Shown here piece after piece: positions 54,948 to 64,000 of a stretch of 64,000 bases of DNA. The stretch lies in contig OZ024746.1 of NCBI GenBank assembly GCA_964016885.1, positions 102,486,001 to 102,550,000 on the forward strand, in the 5' to 3' direction. Made by a program: the position numbers and the translations under genes. The notes beneath the pieces are model-generated. The model worked only from the letters and a program-made list of their open reading frames with translations, was not told the DNA's origin and made no database searches. This DNA comes from Eledone cirrhosa. Lineage: Eukaryota. Every line of letters begins with the position of its first letter. Within the stretch, counting starts at the first letter, position 1.

Positions 54948-55577
54948 TTATATATATGTGTGTGTATGTATGTCTGTATGTACGTGTGTGTACATGAATA
55001 TATATTTATATATTTTTATATATATGTGTGTTTTTATGTGTGTATATGTGTTTGTGTGTGTGTTTATGGTTGCGCGTAAGTGTGTGAGTGAGTATGTGTT
55101 TTTTTGTTTTTTTGTGAATGTGTCTGTTGATTTTTGGCATATAGTTGATTAGTTTAAGAGAAGTTCGAAGATAATAGTAAGATATGCACTCAGTATTTTG
55201 AATCTGTCTGCAGAATTCTCTAGACCTTTGTCACTTAGAACCTTAATGACTTTAGCTTTTAAAGAATCTCCCCTTTTCTTTAATTCTATCGACTATGACT
55301 GACCCCCCACTGATTTTATAGACATCTGTTAGCTTAAGAGAAACTTATTGACAAGGAATGTTAGGCCATCCGGAACATGTTTATAGAATTCTGTCTGCCC
55401 TTGTTACTCTAAAAACATAATAAATAAAAATAAAAATAAAAATGAACTATAGCTTTGTAGAATTAGCTTTTAATGAATTCCCTTTTCTATCAACCAACGA
55501 CCTGCACCCATCCCACTCCCCACCCTCTCCTACCACTTGTAGAGACCTATAAATACCATATTTATTTTTTGATACCC

Positions 55578-55628
55578 AGATTCCTGATGATTTCAAATGA
55601 ATGAAACAGTTCTAGTCCTGTAGAATCT
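55578..55628 (+). ncRNA. Minimal type I hammerhead-like motif (Penelope-like terminal repeat)
   Basis: AGATTC-CTGATGA-tTTCaaatGAAt-GAA-ACAG-ttctagtc-CTGT-A-GAATCT; GUA site; weak stem II. Confidence 0.6.
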
Positions 55629-55708
55629 CATCTATATTAAAACTTATACTCTGCTATGTATTGAGTACCTTACTTACTGTGGTTACCTCCGATTCAACCC
55701 GGAATAAC

Positions 55709-56418
<710 letters not shown>

Positions 56419-57025
56419 AGAAAAGGTGAATATAAAATGAAAGTGCTTTTTTTTTAAAAAAAAGGAATTTATTAGGTATCGACATGTTTCTGTAACAGAC
56501 GAAATACCTATGTATCGCTGCTTGCGTAATCATATAATGTTAGCAAGTATTCGATAGCAAATGTATAATCAGTTGTCACTTCAGAGATTTTGGATAAATT
56601 TGAAAAAATCAGAAAAATTGAAGTATTTATATTAGTTGTAATAGAGGAAGAGAAGTATATGACAGATGGTAATTCAATTTACTGCTAAACAAGTATATAA
56701 ATGGTTTTTAATGAGAATACATGAGTAAATGGTTTATTTTATCTAAATAAGAATTTTTGGGAGTGCCTATTTTAATCTATACTTGACCAATTGAACAATG
56801 GACAGGGCTGGTTATTTGGTGTAGTAGTATTAATTATAAAGTGTCGATTAAGGAAGGGGGAGATTTCGACTGCTACTGAATAACTTCCAATGCTAGTAGT
56901 CAGCTGGTATATGCATTAGGGAATTGAATTAAGAAATCTCATTTTATCTATAACAGTTTATATTAAATGATAACCTGAAATTTTTATATTTATATTTATA
57001 TATATATATATTTATTTATTTATAT

Positions 57026-57172
57026 ATATATATTAAAATAACCGATTAAAGTTTAAGCAAAGAATCGCTGCTTTCACCCTTAACGGGATCTTCTGAAATT
57101 CATTTAAGATCCCGTTAAGGTTGAAAGCAGCGATTCTTTGCTTAAACTTTAATCTGTTATTTTAATATATAT
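57026..57172. repeat. Near-perfect palindrome, 67-bp arms and 13-nt spacer
   Basis: 57026-57092 vs 57106-57172 with 2 mismatches; a single arm also occurs at 44595-44665. Confidence 0.95.
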
Positions 57173-57259
57173 TTGCTGTACGGTTCTTATATATTTGATA
57201 TATATTTATCCATATCGAGCCCTTTTTTAATTTTAGTTTTCAAATTTATTATTATTACT

Positions 57260-60200
57260 ATATATTATGTGTGTGTGTATATTATGTGTGTATGTATTCT
57301 GTGTGTATTATGTGTCTGTATTAGGTGTCTGTATTTGTGCGTATTATCTGTGTGTATTTGTGTATTATCTGTATTATATGTGTGTATTATATGTGTATAT
57401 GTGTGTATTATGTGTGTTGGTGGATTGGCAGTATCGGTAGAGGGTCGGACGCCATGCTTTGACGCATAGAGTTACGGCCCTTGCTATTCTGGGTTCAAAT
57501 CCCGCCGAGGTTAACTTTGCCTTTCATCCTTACGGGGTTGATAAAATAAAGTACCAGTAATGCACTGGGATAATTGCTGGCCTTGTGCCAAAAGTAGAAA
57601 CAATTGTGTGTATTATATGTGTGTATTATGTGTGTATTATCTGTGCGTATTTTCTGTGCGTATTATCTGTATTATATGTGTATTATGTGTGTATTATCTG
57701 TGTATTATGTGTGTATTATCTGTGTATTATATGTGTGTATATGTGTGTATTATCTGTGTATTATCTGTGCGTATTATCTGTGCGTATTATCTGTATTATA
57801 TGTGTGTATTATCTGTATTATATGTGTATTATGTGTGTATTATATGTGTGTATTATCTGTGTATTATGTGTGTATTATCTGTGTATTATATGTGTGTATA
57901 TGTGTGTATTATCTGTGCGTATTATCTGTATTATATGTGTGTATTATCTGTATTATATGTGTGTATTATGTGTGTATTATATGTGTGTATTATCTGTGTA
58001 TTATGTGTGTATTATCTGTGTATTATATGTGTGTATATGTGTGTATTATCTGTGCGTATTATCTGTATTATATGTGTGTATTATCTGTATTATATGTGTG
58101 TATTATGTGTGTATTATATGTGTGTATTATCTGTGTATTATGTGTGTATTATCTGTGTATTATGTGTGTATTATCTGTGTATTATATGTGTATTATCTGT
58201 GCGTATTATCTGTATTATATGTGTGTATTATCTGTATTATATGTGTGTATTATATGTGTGTATTATCTGTGTATTATGTGTGTATTATCTGTGTATTATA
58301 TGTGTGTATATGTGTGTATTTGTGCGTATTATCTGTATTATATGTGTGTATTATCTGTATTATATGTGTATTATGTGTGTATTATATGTGTGTATTATCT
58401 GTGTATTATGTGTGTATTATCTGTGTATTATATGTGTGTATATGTGTGTATTATCTGTGCGTATTATCTGTATTATATGTGTGTATTATCTGTATTATAT
58501 GTGTGTATTATGTGTGTATTATATGTGTGTATTATCTGTGTATTATGTGTGTATTATCTGTGTATTATATGTGTGTATATGTGTGTATTATCTGTGCGTA
58601 TTATCTGTATTATATGTGTGTATTATCTGTATTATATGTGTGTATTATGTGTGTATTATGTGTGTATTATCTGTGTATTATGTGTGTATTATCTGTGTAT
58701 TATGTGTGTATTATATGTGTATATGTGTGTATTATATGTGTGTATTATCTGTGCGTATTATCTGTATTATATGTGTGTATTATGTGTGTATTATGTGTGT
58801 ATTATGTGTGTATTATATGTGTGTATATGTGTGTATTATCTGTGTGTATTATCTGTATTATATGTGTGTATTATGTGTGTATTATATGTGTGTATTATCT
58901 GTGTATTATGTGTGTATTATCTGTGTATTATATGTGTGTATATGTGTGTATTATCTGTGCGTATTATCTGTATTATATGTGTGTATTATCTGTATTATAT
59001 GTGTGTATTATATGTGTGTATTATCTGTGTATTATGTGTGTATTATCTGTGTATTATATGTGTGTATATGTGTGTATTATCTGTGCGTATTATCTGTATT
59101 ATATGTGTGTATTATGTGTGTATTATGTGTGTATTATCTGTGTATTATGTGTGTATTATCTGTGTATTATATGTGTGTATATGTGTGTATTATATGTGTG
59201 TATTATCTGTGCGTATTATCTGTATTATATGTGTGTATTATCTGTATTATATGTGTGTATTATATCTGTGTAATATGTGTGTATTATCTGTGTATTATAT
59301 GTGTGTATATGTGTGTATTATCTGTGCGTATTATCTGTATTATATGTGTGTATTATGTGTGTATTATGTGTGTATTATCTGTATTATGTGTGTATTATCT
59401 GTGTATTTTATGTGTGTATATGTGTGTATTATCTGTGTGTATTATCTGTGCGTATTATCTGTATTATGTGTGTATTATCTGTATTATATGTGTGTATTAT
59501 ATGTGTGTATTATCTGTGTATTATGTGTGTATTATCTGTGTATTATATGTGTGTATATGTGTGTATTTGTGCGTATTATCTGTATTATATGTGTGTATTA
59601 TGTGTGTATTATGTGTGTATTATCTGTGTATTATGTGTGTATTATCTGTGTATTATGTGTGTATTATATGTGTGTATATGTGTGTATTATATGTGTGTAT
59701 TATCTGTGCGTATTATCTGTATTATATGTGTGTATTATGTGTGTATTATGTGTGTATTATGTGTGTATTATATGTGTGTATATGTGTGTATTATCTGTGT
59801 GTATTATCTGTATTATATGTGTGTATTATGTGTGTATTATATGTGTGTATTATCTGTGTATTATGTGTGTATTATCTGTGTATTATATGTGTGTATATGT
59901 GTGTATTATCTGTGCGTATTATCTGTATTATATGTGTGTATTATCTGTATTATATGTGTGTATTATGTGTGTATTATATGTGTGTATTATCTGTGTATTA
60001 TGTGTGTATTATCTGTGTATTATATGTGTGTATATGTGTGTATTATCTGTGCGTATTATCTGTATTATATGTGTGTATTATGTGTGTATTATGTGTGTAT
60101 TATCTGTGTATTATGTGTGTATTATCTGTGTATTATATGTGTGTATATGTGTGTATTATATGTGTGTATTATCTGTGCGTATTATCTGTATTATATGTGT

Positions 60201-62300
60201 GTATTATCTGTATTATATGTGTGTATTATATCTGTGTAATATGTGTGTATTATCTGTGTATTATATGTGTGTATATGTGTGTATTATCTGTGCGTATTAT
60301 CTGTATTATATGTGTGTATTATGTGTGTATTATGTGTGTATTATCTGTGTATTATGTGTGTATTATCTGTGTATTTTATGTGTGTATATGTGTGTATTAT
60401 TTGTGTGTATTATCTGTGCGTATTATCTGTATTATATGTGTGTATTATGTGTGTATTATGTGTGTATTATGTGTGTATTATATGTGTGTATATGTGTGTA
60501 TTATCTGTGCGTATTATCTGTATTATATGTGTGTATTATCTGTATTATATGTGTGTATTATGTGTGTATTATCTGTGTATTATGTGTGTATTATCTGTGT
60601 ATTATATGTGTGTATATGTGTGTATTATCTGTGTATTATGTGTGTATTATATGTGTGTATATGTGTTTATTATATGTGTATTATCTGTGCGTATTATCTG
60701 TATTATATGTGTGTATTATCTGTATTATATGTGTGTATTATCTGTATTATATGTGTGTATTATGTGTGTATTATATGTGTGTATTATCTGTGTATTATGT
60801 GTGTATTATCTGTGTATTATATGTGTGTATATGTGTGTATTATCTGTGCGTATTATCTGTATTATATGTGTGTATTATGTGTGTATTATGTGTGTATTAT
60901 CTGTGTATTATGTGTGTATTATCTGTGTATTATATGTGTGTATATGTGTGTATTATATGTGTGTATTATCTGTGCGTATTATCTGTATTATATGTGTGTA
61001 TTATCTGTATTATATGTGTGTATTATGTGTGTATTATATGTGTATTATCTGTGTATTATGTGTGTATTATCTGTGTATTATATGTGTGTATATGTGTGTA
61101 TTATATGTGTGTATTATCTGTGCGTATTATCTGTATTATATGTGTGTATTATCTGTATTATATGTGTGTATTATGTGTGTATTATGTGTGTATTATGTGT
61201 GTATTATCTGTGTATTATGTGTGTATTATCTGTGTATTATATGTGTGTATATGTGTGTATTATATGTGTGTATTATCTGTGCGTATTATCTGTATTATAT
61301 GTGTGTATTATCTGTATTATATGTGTGTATTATATGTGTGTATTATCTGTGTATTATGTGTGTATTATCTGTGTATTATATGTGTGTATATGTGCGTATT
61401 ATCTGTGCGTATTATCTGTATTATATGTGTGTATTATGTGTGTATTATGTGTGTATTATGTGTGTATTATATGTGTGTATATGTGTGTATTATCTGTGCG
61501 TATTATCTGTATTATATGTGTGTATTATCTGTATTATATGTGTGTATTATGTGTGTATTATATGTGTGTATTATCTGTGTATTATCTGTGTATTATATGT
61601 GTGTATATGTGTGTATTATATGTGTATTATCTGTGCGTATTATCTGTATTATATGTGTGTATTATCTGTATTATATGTGTGTATTATGTGTGTATTATCT
61701 GTGTATTATATGTGTGTATATGTGTGTATTATCTGTGCGTATTATCTGTATTATATGTGTGTATTATCTGTATTATATGTGTGTATTATATGTGTATTAT
61801 GTGTGTATTATCTGTGTATTATATGTGTGTATATGTGTGTATTATCTGTGCGTATTATCTGTATTATATGTGTGTATTATGTGTGTATTATGTGTGTATT
61901 ATGTGTGTATTATCTGTGTATTATGTGTGTATTATCTGTGTATTATATGTGTGTATATGTGTGTATTATATGTGTGTATTATCTGTGCGTATTATCTGTA
62001 TTATATGTGTGTATTATCTGTATTATATGTGTGTATTATATGTGTGTATTATGTGTGTATTATATGTGTGTATATGTGTGTATTATCTGTGCGTATTATC
62101 TGTATTATATGTGTGTATTATGTGTGTATTATATGTGTGTATTATCTGTGTATTATGTGTGTATTATCTGTGTATTATATGTGTGTATATGTGTGTATTA
62201 TCTGCGTATTATCTGTATTATATGTGTGTATTATGTGTGTATTATGTGTGTATTGTGTGTAGTATGTCTGTATTATGTGTCTGTATTATGTGTGTATTTG
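57260..62300. repeat. Complex satellite of 9-13-bp subunits (TATTATGTGTG, TATTATCTGTG, TATTATATGTGTG, TATTATCTG, TATTATCTGTGCG)
   Basis: Read directly from the sequence; ~5 kb. Confidence 0.97.
57416..57603 (+). mobile_element. Full-length tRNA-derived SINE inserted near the satellite edge
   Basis: A-box-like TGGCAGTATCGG, B-box GGTTCAAATCC; body GCCTTTCATCCTTACGGGGTTGATAAAATAAAGTACCAG resembles Meta/MESC-type SINE domains. Confidence 0.9.
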
Positions 62301-63609
62301 TAATAAATGTCTACTATATACACATGTATATATATATAATATATAAATACAATATAATATATATGTTGGTGTGTATCGGGTTTGTGTTTATATCACCGTA
62401 GAAATCTGTTTATGCAACATTCTAATTAGCAAAGGGAAATTACTGTAGTATATTTTAATAAAAATATTTTATTTTCCGTTTTAGCCAGAAATTTTGTTGT
62501 TTGATAAAACTGTCATTGAATTTATGCCTTGTCTGTTTCTGCTGAAGACTACTTTACTAATTAAGCTTAGGCTTAATTTATTATATCGGTTTTCATCGTA
62601 AAATTGAGACGGGTGTTTTTTCATGTCTATTTAATGCAGCACGTTAGTGATATAGTAAGTTTTAGTTTCTATTTGTTTGAATATCATTTCGAAGCAGATA
62701 CGACGGGGTTCATTAATTTCTAGATGAATTATTTGGGTTTAGTTTTAGTTTGTGGTTGTGTGTGTGTGTGTGTGGGGGGGGGTATATATAAAACTGAATA
62801 GCTATATATATTTATATCATCTTGTCAATATCTAACCTTTTTCCTCATAAATATAGACAGAAATTACGGTATACAAGTAGGCACATGCATTAAAACTTAA
62901 TATATGGTTATGTTACCAGGAAGCTGGAGAGTGAAAGTAATATAGTTACGGTTATCTTGAGGAAACGCTATATTTTTTTTTTTATACGCTTTTGTAATAT
63001 AAGAATAGGAAACGAAGACAAACTGATTGATGCAGACAAAATATATATTTATGGTAATTGTTCAGAATTAAGATCGTAGATGTGACCGATGTGAAGCAGC
63101 TGTAGAAAGTTGGCATGATGTGAAGAATGCAGTGGGTAGAAAAGACATCCCCGAGAATAAACATAGAAAGAGTAGTTGGTGATTGTTGCAGTGAAAATCA
63201 ATGAAGTACAAGCATAACGGACAAGAGAGAAGAATGCAGGCCCAGCAGTTGGAGTTCGCTGCCAAGCAGATGCCAATATAATATGAAATATTAGGGAATC
63301 GGATAATGTCGATTCCCTGTTTTATTGCAAAAGCGAATCCTTTAAAGTGCGAAACAATATAGTGTTTGTCGTTGATGTATTTATATCTATATTACTCTAC
63401 ATAAGCCCGCAAACAGGCCTTCAACAGTAAATATGTAATTGGCCTTTGTTTAAAAAGAAATTTTTTTTCTTAATATAATTGTTTATCTGCTGGATTGGTC
63501 ATTGACCATTTTAGTAGGAGAGGGGATTTTGTTAGTGGTGTGTTACCTTCGCTGACTTAACTCTCTGAGAAAGAAAAGCAATTATATTTTTCTTTGACTG
63601 TATTTAGCC

Positions 63610-64000
63610 ACTGAAGAATGGGTGTAGCTCCTTGGAGCACTCCAACCAATAATTCGAAGAACCATCGGGTGTAATGACTTTGGCTTTAGTGTTCGTGTAG
63701 AGCAGTGATACTTTTGTATTCCACAAAAATCTTGATCAGGCAGTGACGATAGTCAGAATTATAGGCAATTTGCTTTAGCTCCCTCAAATATCTTCCTCAG
63801 CATCAGGATGTGACCGTTGGTTGATCTTTATCTCTGAAGCTGTTCTGGTTGTTTGAGCTTTTTGTCCATGTAGGGCTGGATTCTCTTAAGAATCATCCTG
63901 TTGAGGTTCTTTGCCACAAGTGAGGTCTCCCTGTAGTTGTTGCTGTTAAAGAGATCTGCCTTCTTTGGCAGTGGCACGAAGTTACTGATCGTCCACTGGT
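63610..64000 (-). pseudogene. RTE-type RT fragment running off the window end
   Basis: QWTISNFVPLPKKADL..NNYR..NRMILKRIQP; STNGHILMLRKIFEG; YTNTKAKVITPDG..VGVLQG. Confidence 0.85.

Noticed and set aside
57416-57510. tRNA gene
   Set aside because: A/B boxes are present but there is no cloverleaf, and the sequence continues into a multi-copy SINE body.
57560-62401. 1613-aa, 1552-aa and other long Cys/Val/Tyr/Ile ORFs
   Set aside because: Open in all frames because the satellite words lack stop codons; there is no codon-phase structure.
62982-63276. Overlapping short minus-strand ORFs in unique-looking DNA
   Set aside because: No recognisable motif or convincing splice boundaries.

Overview
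Eukaryotic, AT-rich, repeat-dominated DNA with no intact host protein-coding gene. The microsatellite load, SINE family and RTE types suggest an octopod/coleoid cephalopod (inference). Layout: (1) 1-10.5 kb holds a near-full-length decayed RTE LINE (APE, RT, PHD-like finger) in a TACA microsatellite, plus Merlin, Tigger/pogo and Gypsy relics. (2) ~10.5-37.3 kb is a tandem array of about 8 copies of a ~3,359-bp unit made of antisense RTE fragments, exon-like segments and an internal inverted repeat. (3) 37.3-57.2 kb is a TE patchwork (Helitrons, L1/Tx1, R4/Dong-like, tRNA-derived SINEs) with several type I hammerhead ribozyme folds. (4) 57.2-62.3 kb is a complex satellite, followed by a terminal RTE fragment. 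Main unexplained signals: one arm of the array's inverted repeat carries an ADAR-like A>G cluster fixed in DNA (13 A>G, 0 G>A in 88 nt, none after G), and there is a 208-nt retrozyme-like hammerhead repeat plus three other hammerhead-like families. All alignments and folds were done by eye and no searches were run. The very long ORFs in the track are microsatellite artefacts.
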